In this document: positions 1 through 11,802 of the stretch, piece by piece
How positions within the stretch are numbered: the first letter of the stretch is position 1
Layout of the letters: the number at the start of each line of letters is the position of its first letter
Notes under the pieces: generated by a model
What the model was told of the DNA's origin: nothing
The model's database searches: none
What the model saw: the letters and a program-made list of their open reading frames with translations, nothing else
Assembly (NCBI RefSeq): GCF_024521635.1
Contig: NW_026250437.1
Span: forward strand, 186,001-250,000
Length of the DNA: 64,000 bases
Direction: 5' to 3'
Origin: Tricharina praecox
Taxonomy: Eukaryota
Translations under genes and position numbers: made by a program

Positions 1-3
1 AGA

Positions 4-2976
4 TCACGCTGCCCGCCTCCTCGCAGCCTCAAAATGACTCGCCAACTCCCTTAGCGCCGCGCCCATACATGGCGTAATACCCCCTGTATTATCTCCCATT
101 AGCCATGATTCCCCCCTCCCCCACCAGCACGCGGACCGCCGTGGGAAAAACTTACAAACCCAAGTGTCATCCATCATCGTACTCCAGAGCAGGACAATTT
201 CCTTCGCTAGGCTTGTATCGTTGGAGATCTCGATATCGACGTCTTGCAGCAGCGTGCGGATCTCGCGGAGTACCTCGGACTCTTCGTGGGTCAGTGGCGG
301 TTGAGTCTCTACCGTGTGAGTCCATTTTGCCAGGAGGAGGACTGTGGACGTTAGTTAGTAGTGTAGGTGGGATTCATGAAGGGGAGGGGTGAAATACTCC
401 CGCACCAGCCCGTAAGACAGTGTTCAATCCCCCAATGCAGTGCCGCCGTGCGGCGTACGAGTACATATCCGACCTTGATGGGCTCGTGCAGAACCTCATA
501 GACAGTTCTGATCAACCTGATGAGTTCGGGGTACCTGACCAACGGCTGCGCTACGAACGCGGCCATCGCGCCGGCCACATACGCGCCATCGTGCGCGTGT
601 AAGAGGCTCTTGCTCGGAAAGCCAAAGTCGTGCGCAAAGTGCCGGACATGTGCCAGACGCAGAAGTGAGACGACATTGAACGGGAGCGGCGAGTCCGGGC
701 TTGACGGTTTCAGCTCGCTCTCGTGGCGGCCGAAGAAAAGAATTTTTCGACAGCGGCTCAAAATTCCTTCTGCGAGACGGGAGAGTTCTTGGCCGCTTTG
801 CTCACGTCCCCACATCATGGCGGAGCATTGGCCGGATAACCAGAGCTGCGAAAGCACGCCGTGCATCAGTGCCAGCGCGCCGAAGGCGGGTATCGTGCAG
901 TCGGGCGGGAGGTCAAGTGGTTTGGCAAGGAGGATGTGGTCGATGCAGGATTGGTAAGAGAAGCTATGCGGATATCGTGCCGCAATTTCAGCCCATTCCT
1001 GGCCTGGTGCCGCTTCCCAGAGCTCTTCGGCACAAGGAAGCTCCTCGTCCAGGTCCGAGACTAGTGTCGAGACCGGGTAGGAGAAGGTTATGTTCAAGAG
1101 GCTACCGAAGACGAAGATTCCGTAGCGGATCCGTTTTGCGGTCTCCCGCTGTATCCAGGTGTGCCAGTCGGAGGTCTCGGTATCAAAGGGAAGGGGACGG
1201 TGATGGGATATTGTTGTATTTGCTCGGAAGTACTGCCGACAGTTAAGTATGGCACATGTAACGGTGGGGGAGAGGGCAACCCACATTGACCACCACTGCC
1301 TGCTCCAATATTGCTTCCTCCTTCAATATCGGATCATTGCTCCACGCACCAAAGCATGCACACAGCAGCCGTGTCTGTATGATCCATAACATATCACTCT
1401 GCGAAGGTTGCATCTCCCTTTTACTAGCCTGAGTAATCTCGTTAGTCACATCACCCCCACTCGCAGAAACCGGGAAAACGAACGTGATCCACCAGCTTCT
1501 TCGCCCAATCCCGCAGCGTCCTTGCCCTCTTACGTTCTAATGAATATAGTGCTCCAATGCTGAGCATAGCTAATGTCACTGGAGCAGGTGATGACCCAGG
1601 ATCAAACGACGGGCTATGAACGATCGGCAGATGCTGATGAAATGCGGTGAAGTACGTGGCCAGCAATCGCCGTAGGGTGTCCCTATTCGGCAGCACGAAG
1701 CCCTCCACCAACTCTTCCGGATATCTGGCCTTGATCCCCGCAAACATTGAGTCCCGCGTCGCCGCATCCACCTCGGGTCGCGCAAGTGCGGCAGCCGCAG
1801 TGCGAAAGCGCATCTTTTTCTTCGGCCCCCCTGATGAGGTCGCAGATATCGAGGGTGTTCGTGGACATGCGCCGCCGATGGTGTGAGGTGTGGCGACTTT
1901 TGGACTGCTAGTGTGTCCGTACAGTACCCCGTCGTCATAATTGTGTTGGTGCTGAATAGCCAGACCGGCAGGTGACTCCGCCGCGGAAACCGAGAGTGGG
2001 CTCAGCATTCCGCCGTCGTCAGATAGTGGCAACGCGTTCGGATCAAAGTCGCACATCAATCCCATGAACTCGGACGAAATCCAGGGCGCGAGCCCGGGGA
2101 AATCGCTGCCGAACACGGACAGCAACGGTGGATCGGGGTATCGACTCAGTGCCTGCTGCTGCTCTTGTGGGCTGGTGCCGTCTTGCGGATGGTACGACTG
2201 TGGGAACTCGAACTCTCGCGCATCCTGGCTGTAGCCGTAACGCGGAAGACCTTCACCGTGGTGTTGGTGCTCATGCTGCGGCTGCGGCTGCTGCTGAAAC
2301 TCGTGCTCGTGCTGAGGCATGTCCGCCGCTGATATCGAATTCTGTTGGAGGAGCTCGACGAGATGGTTTTCGCTGACGTTTGGCTGGTGAGAATGCGCCG
2401 GCGAATCGTTGGATGCACTTTCTGGATTGTCCGTCAAATCGTCATGGGTACCATCTTCAACCGTCCCGGTGCTCTGTTCCCGCTCTTGATTCCCCATCTG
2501 TTCTTCTCGAGACTTGTTCCTTGTGCCGTTCGCAGACCGCTGAGCTCGTTTCTTGATGATTCGGGGTTTATCGTGTAGAGTGCGCTCATGCCTTGTTACC
2601 AAATCCCTACCGGTCAACCCGCTGTCAGCTGCAAGCTCCTGCCGGATGTGAAATAGGAGTAGTATTCACTTTCTCGAGAATGACGCGCCGCAGAAAGAGC
2701 AAGCAAAAGGTTTGTCGGATGTATCTGCAGCCACGAGCCAGAAAAAATCAACACTCCGATCCTCCGAATTGCGAGACGACCAATTAAGCTCCAGGGGAGA
2801 AGATTACGGGCTCTCTCGTGTCGTGCCAGGTGCTCTCCACGCTTGAATATCGCGTCGCAATGCCGACAGTTGTATGTCCTCTTCGGTCTGCCGGTCTTTG
2901 CGGGCGGCGGGGCCGGAGCCCGAGCTGTGGTGTGTGATGTGGTCTCGGCCATCGTTGTGGTCGCTATGGCAGCCAT
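4..2976 (-). CDS. Transcription factor with two C2H2 zinc fingers plus a fungal-specific TF (MHR) domain; Adr1/AmdX/Rsf2-like architecture; multi-exon
   Basis: Spliced reading gives finger 1 YNCRHCDAIFKRGEHLARHERA and finger 2 KPFACSFCGASFSR-DLVTRHERTLH. Fungal_trans-type segments follow (YFTAFHQHLPIVHSPSF, AMLSIGALY, WIQRETAKR, ELPCAEELWEA). The last exon GITPCMGAALRELASHFEAARRRAA ends at TGA 4-6. GT..AG introns with CTAAC/CTGAC-like branch sites link the ORF pieces. Confidence 0.85.
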
Positions 2977-3550
2977 CTTTCGGGAAGGGAAGAGAAAAGG
3001 CGATTGGAGAGGTCCGGAACAGACGACTACTAGACAGGAGAAGGATCATGAAGCTCCGAGAGTCCGTCGAGACAGGAAGCGAGAGGCTAAGAACCGGCCC
3101 TAACCCTCCATATTCGTACTCGGGGGTTTTAGAATCCATTACGGGGATGGACCGGCCGGCGTCCACCAATGGTACCGCGGCCCTTGCTGATCATTAAAAC
3201 CCGCTATCTTGGTAAGCCAATCTAGACGAAATCTGGAGCGAAGCTGCACCTGCGCGGCGCAGAGTGTTCGGAGAGGGGAGCTGGATGCACAGCATGAGGA
3301 GATCAACAGGCCGGCGGAACCCGAGAAAGATATGTACGGAGAGGAAGGACGGACTTGGGAGAAATTGAGAGATGAGATGAGATTTTGAGACATGAAGTAC
3401 TCCGCTAGGGATGGGAGGGGCCATTATGTACCAGCCATTGAGTTAAGGTTCTATGGATACTGGAAAACATCGGACGGCACGCTGGCGTCGCAGTGGGGCA
3501 TCCTATGCAAAACGAGACGAATAGTTACTCTATCCAGTAAGCTCGTCTAT

Positions 3551-4486
3551 CTAGAGTATTGTACATACTCGCTCCATCTTACCTGTCTTCACCTTTCCAC
3601 TCCCCGCCAGCGGCCAAACCATCTTCCCTCTGTTCTCCATATACCAACCCACATCGTGCGCCAGCAGGACATTCACATCACATAACTCCAACAGCCCTCT
3701 GATCTTCCCCAACGTCTCCTCCGCCATTTCCTTATCCTGATGAATACACCCACATCCGCCGCCCTCCACCGTCCACGTCCCGATCTCATTCTCTCCCGTC
3801 AAAATCCCCCTATCATGCGCCGCATCACCGCCCAAATACCACCACCCCTCCCTCGTCCTAACCAGCAGATTGACATGCCCCATCAGATGTCCAGGAGCAT
3901 CGACGACGAACACGCTCCCGTCATCAAACAAGTCCTGCATCCAGAACCCCGCAATCATCTTCCAGCCAGCGGCTTCACCAGCGACCGTGAGCTCGACGGT
4001 TCTTTCCCGCGGCAGCAAGCCGCGCTCGAAGTTGCTGTGCGAGCCGCCGCCGGGAAGGCCGTGCTCCAGCAGGGCTAGACTTCCAGCTCCGACAAGGAAC
4101 TGTGCGCGTGGGAATGCGGAGGGACGCCCTATGTGGTCCCAGTGCACATGGCTCAGCACCACGGTGTCTATCTCGTCCGGAGTGATGCCTAGCGAGGCGA
4201 GAGAGAGGGTGACATCGGGTGTTGTGGTTACCGGCTGGCGGGAGACAATGTGCGCTTGGATCGGAGTGGAGTACTCGCTGATCGGATTGCGGATTCCTAG
4301 GTCGAAGACGAGCCGCCCGTGGGAAGGGTGTGTGATGAGGAACGAGAGTGACGGGACTGTGGTACGGTCGGTGGGTGAGGCACCAGAGATGAAGAGGTGT
4401 CGTGGGAGCGTTAAGTGGCCGGCTTCCAGTGCGTGGAGGGTGGTGAAGGATTGGTTTAGAGATGCGGGAGGGAGGGGAGAGTTCAT
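3551..4486 (-). CDS. Metallo-beta-lactamase-fold hydrolase (AHL-lactonase-like subfamily)
   Basis: Single 311-aa ORF with LVFDLG, SHVHWDH (HxHxDH), DAPGHLMGH, LGGDAAH and LLAHD metal-ligand motifs. Confidence 0.9.
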   Translation of the reverse strand: MNSPLPPASLNQSFTTLHALEAGHLTLPRHLFISGASPTDRTTVPSLSFLITHPSHGRLVFDLGIRNPISEYSTPIQAHIVSRQPVTTTPDVTLSLASLGITPDEIDTVVLSHVHWDHIGRPSAFPRAQFLVGAGSLALLEHGLPGGGSHSNFERGLLPRERTVELTVAGEAAGWKMIAGFWMQDLFDDGSVFVVDAPGHLMGHVNLLVRTREGWWYLGGDAAHDRGILTGENEIGTWTVEGGGCGCIHQDKEMAEETLGKIRGLLELCDVNVLLAHDVGWYMENRGKMVWPLAGSGKVKTGKMERVCTIL

Positions 4487-4614
4487 GGTGGAGATAGGCA
4501 GAGGAAGTTGATGGCTTTGGGCAAGCTATGGTGGGCAATTACCATAGAGCCCGGGGTCTAGAGATGCCCCTTTTCTGTGTCCCATACTCAGAGCTCGACG
4601 GTCTGACCGAAGAG

Positions 4615-5164
4615 GTGGGGTTGGCGTTGTCGATTAACAGTCCCAGGCCCGAAGACCCACACATATCAGGCTACGAGTTTGACTAAACTACGCTTCTATT
4701 CGATCGGGGCTTGATCATGAAGTCGCTGTTACAATCAAGCAGAAATATCTCCAAAGACAGCTGATTTTACGCCTGGTGTTGTCAAGGCTGGACCGATGGC
4801 TCCACATACCAGTGATCAACTACCTACTATCAGAGCCCACAACCGCCAATTGCTACGAAGGAAAACTCTCGCCCCGAGATATAAACGGAGAGAGATGTCT
4901 GTTCTGTCCCACTTGCTGTCGTAGATATCACATGACGGACTTTTGATATTCGCTTCCACAGACAAGTCGTTGCGCGTGAGCAGGGGTAGCTGTGGGGCAA
5001 TATCTAGTACAGCTAGTGGGGCATTTAGTCTATAGTAGTGGTGGGAATCTCCATGTACTTTGTGGGGTAGTAAATGTAGATCTTACGCGGGGTATCTGAT
5101 ATTCCAATCCCACCGATACATATGTTTGTGGGGTGCCGGCGTGGTGCTAACGTGCTAGGTGGGG
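4615..5164. promoter_or_regulatory. GTGGGG box cluster in the divergent hydrolase/dehydrogenase promoter
   Basis: GTGGGG at 4615, 4992, 5016, 5062, 5128 and 5159, plus GCGGGG at 5087. Confidence 0.6.
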
Positions 5165-5275
5165 AGAGCCAATGGTGGTGTACGGTAACACCTCAAAATG
5201 AATGGAAGCTGAAGCATCAATTGAACGAGGTCACTCTAACCATCAATTTCACAGTACAATCAACAATAGTGAGCG

Positions 5276-6357
5276 ATGGCAGAATCAATCTACCCACCCT
5301 CGATAGGCTTCATTGGACTTGGGGCAATGGGCTATCCCATGTGTTCCCAGCTCCGCCAGAAACTACCGGTCACCACGCCGCTGTATATTTTCGACGTCAA
5401 TGCCGCCGCGCTTACACGTTTCACCATCGAGCACGCGAATAGCGGTCCCATTACCGTCTGTTCGTCTGCGAGGGAAGTTGGAGAAGCCGCTGTATGTACT
5501 ACCATTCGCTCTCAGCGGTGTAACTACCACTGATCATTTGACAGGACACAATCATATCGATTGTCCCGGAAGGCACGCACGTCGAAGCGGTGTACCTCTC
5601 GGCGAGCGGCCTACTGCGTGTATCCAACCTGGCGGGAAAAACACTAATCGACTCCTCGACGATCGGGGTGTCAACCTCGACCTCGGTGTCCTCGTTTATC
5701 CCCGCGGGCACGCGCTTCCTCGACGCGCCGGTCTCCGGCGGCCCCATGGGCGCCGAAAAGGGCACGCTGACGTTCATGGTCGGCGCAGCGGAAGACGCGT
5801 TCTTCACTGCGCGGCTGCGCCCGCTGCTAATGCTGATGGGGAACAATATCTTTGCTTGTGGAGGCCCAGGATGTGGCCTCGCTGCAAAGCTGTGCAATAA
5901 TTACCTCTCCGGATTGATCGCTGTGGCCACAAGCGAGAGCATGAACCTCGGGTTCGTCCTTCCATCCTTCAGTCCTCCCGCCCAAACTAACACACTGTAA
6001 AGCATGCGCTCAGGCCTAGATCCCGCCGTCCTGCACGCGATCTTCAAGACCTCGACAGCGCAGAACTGGGTCAGCGACAGCTGTAATCCCGTCCCGGGGG
6101 TATGTCCGGAAGCGCCGCCGAGCCGGGGGTACGAGGGCGGCTTCAGGGTCGAGTTCATGAGGAAGGACTTTCAGCTTGCCGTTGAGGCGGCGGAGCAGGT
6201 CGGTGCGAGGCTGGAGCTGGGGGAGGCGGGGCTGAGGGTTTATACTGCTGCTAGTAGGGATGAGAGGTTCCGCGGAAGGGACTCGAGAGTGGTTTATAAG
6301 TGGCTGGGGGGAAGGGATCCGACGGTGGCAGAAGGAGGGAAGGAGGCAGAGATGTAG
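5276..6357 (+). CDS. 3-hydroxyisobutyrate dehydrogenase / beta-hydroxyacid dehydrogenase family, NAD-binding; 2 introns (about 5493-5545 and 5952-6002)
   Basis: IGFIGLGAMG Rossmann motif, DSSTI, DAPVSGG, catalytic Lys in AAKLCNN, C-terminal YEGGFRVEFMRKD. Confidence 0.9.
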
Positions 6358-7197
6358 TTATGACGGCGGGATACATATAGAACGGGAAACCTCTTTCTTC
6401 ATGTCAAACTCTCTCCCATCTAGAGTTCATTCTCTAGGTTTCTAGTGATATCAAGTGATACTCCATAGTGGTGACCTCTGATTATTCCCGCAACCGCTCT
6501 TCCGCCTACGCACTGGGACGCAATGGAAAACCCATGAATAGATGTGTGATTTCTGTAGAATCCGAAGTATCTGCCATACGTTTCTTCAAGCAATGAAAGT
6601 GCCCGCCGAGAAAGCCGTGCGAGTGATCGTATATGATGTTGCAATTGATTAATCTTCAGAATCAATCTACTGACAGGTTAGGGTGAATAGAGCACTCCAC
6701 ACAAAGGTCTCAGAATGGTGGGCAAGTGATACAATTGGAACTCCAGGGATGTACCTAGGTGCAACACGAGGAGTGCGTGGAGTCTACACAATGGACAGAT
6801 TCCCAGTTGAAGCAAAAGCAGCTTACCGTGATGATGGATTTCTAGATACTAAAGGAAAACACAGCAATTCTTGCAATAAACGTAAACACACGAATCACGA
6901 TAATGCCAGCACTCGCCCGAAATCAATCCACTTTTGCCATGTCAAGGTCCTTCATCGCAATCTTAGCCACGTAAAGTTCCTAGCTCAACCTCTGATGTTA
7001 CAGCTTGGAATTGCGAGTCGCTAAGTACAACGTCACTTGAATGGGGCGGCGAGTTTCTACTGTGTTCTGCATCCGAAGCACGTCTAAATGCCTCCCATTC
7101 ATTTGATTCATCTCTTTAAAAAGATACATACAAGCACCAGAGAACAGACGGATATGAAACTACAAAATAAAGCAAAAGAAGACAAAACCCCCACGCT

Positions 7198-8587
7198 CTA
7201 CGCCGAAAAATCCTCATCCAAAAACTCGTTCATCTGACTTGCCATCATTATGCTCGTCTCCTTCGGCTTGGTATTGAGCGCACGGAAAAACTCATCTCTG
7301 GACTCCACCACCGTTGGATCTTCCGAATGCAGCCGGAGCTTGTTCTCCATACTCTGCGGATTCGAGTACTCGACGAAGGCCTTCCTCCGCACATCGCCGT
7401 ACCGCCGAAGCAGCTGGTCGGACTTGTCGGCATCGCCCTTGACCAGCAGCCGGATTAATATAGTACCGAGCGCTGCGGCATCCATGAGTCCTGTCGTGAG
7501 TCCGAGGCCGCCGATGGGGTTGTTGGACTAAGTTTGAGATATCAGTCATGTATCCTCTGCAAAGTTTCGAGCGAAGAACTTACGTGTGCAGCATCTCCCG
7601 CGAGAATGATTCTTCCGACAACATACTCCGCCGCGACCCGTTGATGCGCCCAATACGGGCTCGCATTGAGGAGCTCACACTCCTTCCTCTCCTCCGCAGT
7701 ACCGGGCAGCAGCTCCGCGAACTTGGCCGGTATCTGCTCCAGGATTTTATCGTCGGGCACATCCGTTCTTACACCGAAGGCGACCCTCCAGATCCCCTCC
7801 TCGGGCTTCCCCGTGCGCGCAACGACCGCCCAGTCCTCAGGGTCGACGATCATATTTGCCGTCGGGAAGTTGTACTTATCGAAACCGGGATACTTAACAT
7901 TCGTAGCGACGAAGCGGAAATCATCCCACGTAGACCCTTCGAAGGGGATACCCAGGCTCCTGCGGACACTGCTCCCGGCACCATCACACCCGACCACATA
8001 ATCGGCCGAAAACCACTTCTCGCCGCGATTTGTGACCATGCACACACGGACCTTGTCGGCGTCCTGCGTTGCGCCCGCGAAGCGGTGCGAAAATCGGATG
8101 CCGAAAGTCGGACATAGCTCGGCGCGCTTCTGGATTATCGCTGCAAGCTGGTGCTGCCCCATGTGGATACCCGCGTAGTCGAATTTGTTGACGCCCTTGG
8201 GCACCACCGAAAGCGACATCCGCGCAAGGACTTTGTCGCCTTTGCCGGCTGGCGTGCGAAACACGACGCCGTCCGAGTTGATGTGCCCCCCGTCGATCAC
8301 GTCTTGCAGGAGTCCGACTTTTTCGAACTCGTTGAGGACGACGGGCATGTAACTGGGGAATGTTAACTGTGGTCTGAAAGATGGGGGGAGAGATGTGCAT
8401 ACGTCGTCGCCCGTGGGGATTGCATGATCCCTCGCTCGCCCTCGAGAACAAGCACGTCGATGCCCTCGCGAGCTAGCTTTAGGCCGAGGAAGAGACCGGT
8501 CGGCCCGGCGCCGACGATGATGACCTGGTGGTGCTCATGGTCGGTTGGCGGCACGGCTGGATGGAGGTGCGTGTTGAAGCTGGGCAT
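7198..8587 (-). CDS. FAD-dependent monooxygenase (aromatic-ring hydroxylase, PheA/TfdB/FAD_binding_3 type); 2 introns
   Basis: VIIVGAGPTG (GxGxxG), VVGCDGAGS (DG motif), and ILAGDAAH spliced to SNNPIGGLGLTTGLMDA (GD motif). Confidence 0.9.
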
Positions 8588-8752
8588 ATTTGTGTGAGAG
8601 AATTATGAGATGGGGAAGATGATGTGTGTAGACTCTGCTGGATGGTCAAGGTTGAGGTCGGATTGATGTTGCATTATATGCCTATAAGCATCAGGTCGAT
8701 CGTTTGCCTCTATGAAGTCTCCGCGATATCATACGGCCCTCCCGTTGCCGAC

Positions 8753-8997
8753 GTGGGGCGATCGTGGGGAAGTGGGGCGCCGGCGTAAGGGTCTTCCGTT
8801 CCCCTTCCGTCCCCGCTCACTGCCATCATTCCAGCATCCGAGATGACAGGTGGGTGGACTCCCTTGCATACGCGATTGATCTCCACGTTGTTAGTGACAC
8901 GAGCATAAGGCTTCAGTTGAATGTGGGGAGTGCTGCTCGGCTGCGCATTTGGTGGGGTTCTCCACACTACATACTAGTAGCACATCCGATACCCCAC
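8753..8997. promoter_or_regulatory. GTGGGG/CCCCAC box cluster in the divergent monooxygenase/P450 promoter
   Basis: GTGGGG at 8753, 8764, 8772, 8923 and 8952, and CCCCAC at 8992. Confidence 0.6.
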
Positions 8998-9129
8998 AAC
9001 GAACGACTGACATGGTTCGGGCCGCCACCATGAAGTGGATACAGGAAAGGCTTCGGTATATAGTATATTCCGGACACCGATACTTGTGCTGTGTTTGTCA
9101 GAAGAATATCAGGCTATCGTAACGGCAAC

Positions 9130-10995
9130 ATGATGGATTCTTTCAAGTCTCTTACTGTACCGGCTACTCTTAATCCTCTGGCACTTGCAGCGACAACGCT
9201 GAAAGGATATGCTTTGCTCGGGATCGTGGGCGTGGTGGTACGAAACACAGCTCCCACCTTCAGTGAACTAAAACTTGGCTAACAACAAACAGCTGGTAGC
9301 ACTCCTCACAAAATTCCTCACCTCCGACAAACGACGAAAACACCTCCCACCGGGCCCAAAGGGTCTGCCTCTCATCGGGAGTCTTCTAGAATTCGCCGAA
9401 TCCGACGAAGTCCCCAAGAAGGTAGAGGAATGGGCCCGAAAGTATGGCGATATCTTCCATCTCCGGCTAGGCCAGACGGATTACATCTATCTCAACACGC
9501 CGGCTGCTGTTAAGGAGTTGATGGATAAGCGAAGCTCGAAGTATTCTTCGCGGCCCTTTCTACCCATGGCGTTTGGGGTCGTGTCCGCTTTTCGGAGGAT
9601 GCTGTTTATGGAGTATGGGCCTGAATGGCGGGTGAGTCTCTCCACTTCCACCTGCAAGTTGTGTATCTAACGTGGTGGATGTCTAGAGCCAACGCAAACT
9701 GGTGCACAACCTCCTCAATATCCGCCGCTCGATCTCCTACCAGCCTGTCCAAGACTTCGAGTCCAAGCAAGTGATCTTCGACATGCTCGACAACCCCTCG
9801 GGGTTCTACGACCACAACCGCCGATACTCCGCCTCGGTAATAATGCTCGTAACCTACGGCTACCGCGTAACGAGCTGGAATGACCCCGTGGTGCAAGAGA
9901 TCTACAGCGTACTCGACAACTTCACCAACATCTCTGCACCCGGCGCCTTTCTCGTAGACTCCTTCCCCTCACTCGCCAATTGGCCGCAATGGCTCCTCGG
10001 AAACTGGAGGAGCAAGGGGCAAGCCATGTACGAACACGACAGCAAAGTCTACCTCAAGCTGTGGCGGCGGCTGAAGTCGGAAGTCGACGCGGGCACCGCT
10101 GCAGAGTGCTTCTGCAAGGACTTCTACCTGGCCGATCCGAGCAAGAATGGTATTGATGAGCTGGGCGCGGCGTTTGCGGCCGGTGGATTGGTCGAGGCCG
10201 GCTCCGAGACCACGTCGACCACGCTCAATAACTTTATCCTGGCCGGTCTACTGTTTCCTGAGGCGATTGCAAAGGGACAGGATGAACTCGATAGAGTTGT
10301 GGGTAGCGATCGGCTGCCTACATGGGACGATGAGCAGAACCTACCTTACATTCGCGCGATGGTTAAGGAGATCCTCCGGTGGCGGCCCGTCAACAAGTTT
10401 GGGATGAACCACGCGCTGAGCGAGGACGATTGGTGGAATGGATACTTCCTGCCGAAGAACTCGGTTGTCATGTTGAACTGGTGGTATGTCCCCCGATAGC
10501 AGCTATTGAATGTGGCAAGTGGAACTTACATGAAGAAGGGCTATCCATCGCGACCCAAAGAAATGGGAAAACGCAGATCAATATATCCCCGAGCGGTACC
10601 TGGGCGTGAATGAGTCAGCTGCCGACCTCAGTACCGCAGCAGACCCGAACGGCCGCGACCACTGGAGTAAGTCCTTATCTACATCCCCCAAATCACCTAC
10701 TAAAAAACAGTCAGCCTACGGCGCCGGCCGCCGCATCTGCCCGGGAATCCATGTCGCCGAGCGGTCACTATACATCAACATTGTACGGTTCGTGTGGGCA
10801 TTTGATCTGCACAAACCCGTGGATGCGGCTACGGGTAAGGAGATAGAGCCGACGATGAGTATGGTTAGGGGATTCCTCAGCACGCCGAACCAGTTTGGAG
10901 CCGATATCCGGCCCAGGAGTAAGCGCCATGCCGAGGTAGTGAGAAGGGAGTGGAGTAACGCGCAGAGGGAGGGGTTGAAATGGAGTCGAGACTAG
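9130..10995 (+). CDS. Cytochrome P450 monooxygenase (CYP64/OrdA-like clan); about 4 introns
   Basis: N-terminal TM segment, PPGPKGLPLIG hinge, I-helix EAGSETT, K-helix EILRWRP (ExxR), PERY, and heme motif YGAGRRICPG. Confidence 0.92.
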
Positions 10996-11220
10996 GACAT
11001 GTTTGAGGGCTGTTTTTCTTGATTGGGTTATGTAACTATAATTGTAACGAGATGGCGAAATTGCAAATCTCACTCGGTCCGATTTGTCAAAACGATCAAG
11101 TGAAAAAAATAATAGTGATGCAACTATAGTACCTATTACGGCATTTACTATGCCGCTGGAAGGCAAATTGAAACTTTCAGCTCCTCCCCTCTTCGAGTAT
11201 CGAAGGTGCTATACACATGA

Positions 11221-11658
11221 CCCCACGAAACCTACCGAGATCGTGACATCCCAATGTACTATACGTACTGTTTCGTTCCAACCCCATGGCTCTGGGTGGG
11301 GTAGTCATGTATATGGAGCTCCGTTATCCTTCAAGTTGATCTTCCCATCCACACTATTTTCTCCGCATGAACGTCGATCTCCATGAACCGCAATATCCCA
11401 CTGCCAATAGCTGTCAGCGTATGACCGTTCCCGTGATTGGCCAGTCCCTTCAATTCTAGGTCCAGGCCCCACCCAACTGGAAGGCTGCACATGTATTCGG
11501 GCCATATTTTCGGTTATTGGAGCAGTCCGGTGCTCATGTAGCCCACGAACTTGGAGTGTCCCACATTGTGGGGTCGACTCGCCAATTAACCATAGAATAA
11601 GCGAACTCTGGGGTAACTATGGAGCACAGTGCACACGAGAACCCCACAAATACCCCAC
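11221..11658. promoter_or_regulatory. GTGGGG/CCCCAC box cluster upstream of the MFS gene
   Basis: CCCCAC at 11221, 11467, 11642 and 11653; GTGGGG at 11296 and 11568. Confidence 0.6.
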
Positions 11659-11802
11659 AATATCGTCGCTTTGCAGTCCAGTGACGATGTTTGCTTTGTC
11701 CTGGCAGTCGATCTCTGGTGAGTGAGTGATGGAGTATATATCCCACCGTAGTCGAACCGAAGTGGTACGATGATTAGCCACCAGCAATCACAATCAATCA
11801 AC

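Noticed and set aside
6420..7030. AT-richer stretch between the dehydrogenase and monooxygenase genes, with a hydrophobic minus-strand reading (GIIVIRVFTFIARIAVFSFSI)
   Set aside because: Interrupted by stops with no recognisable motif; it cannot be distinguished from ordinary intergenic DNA.
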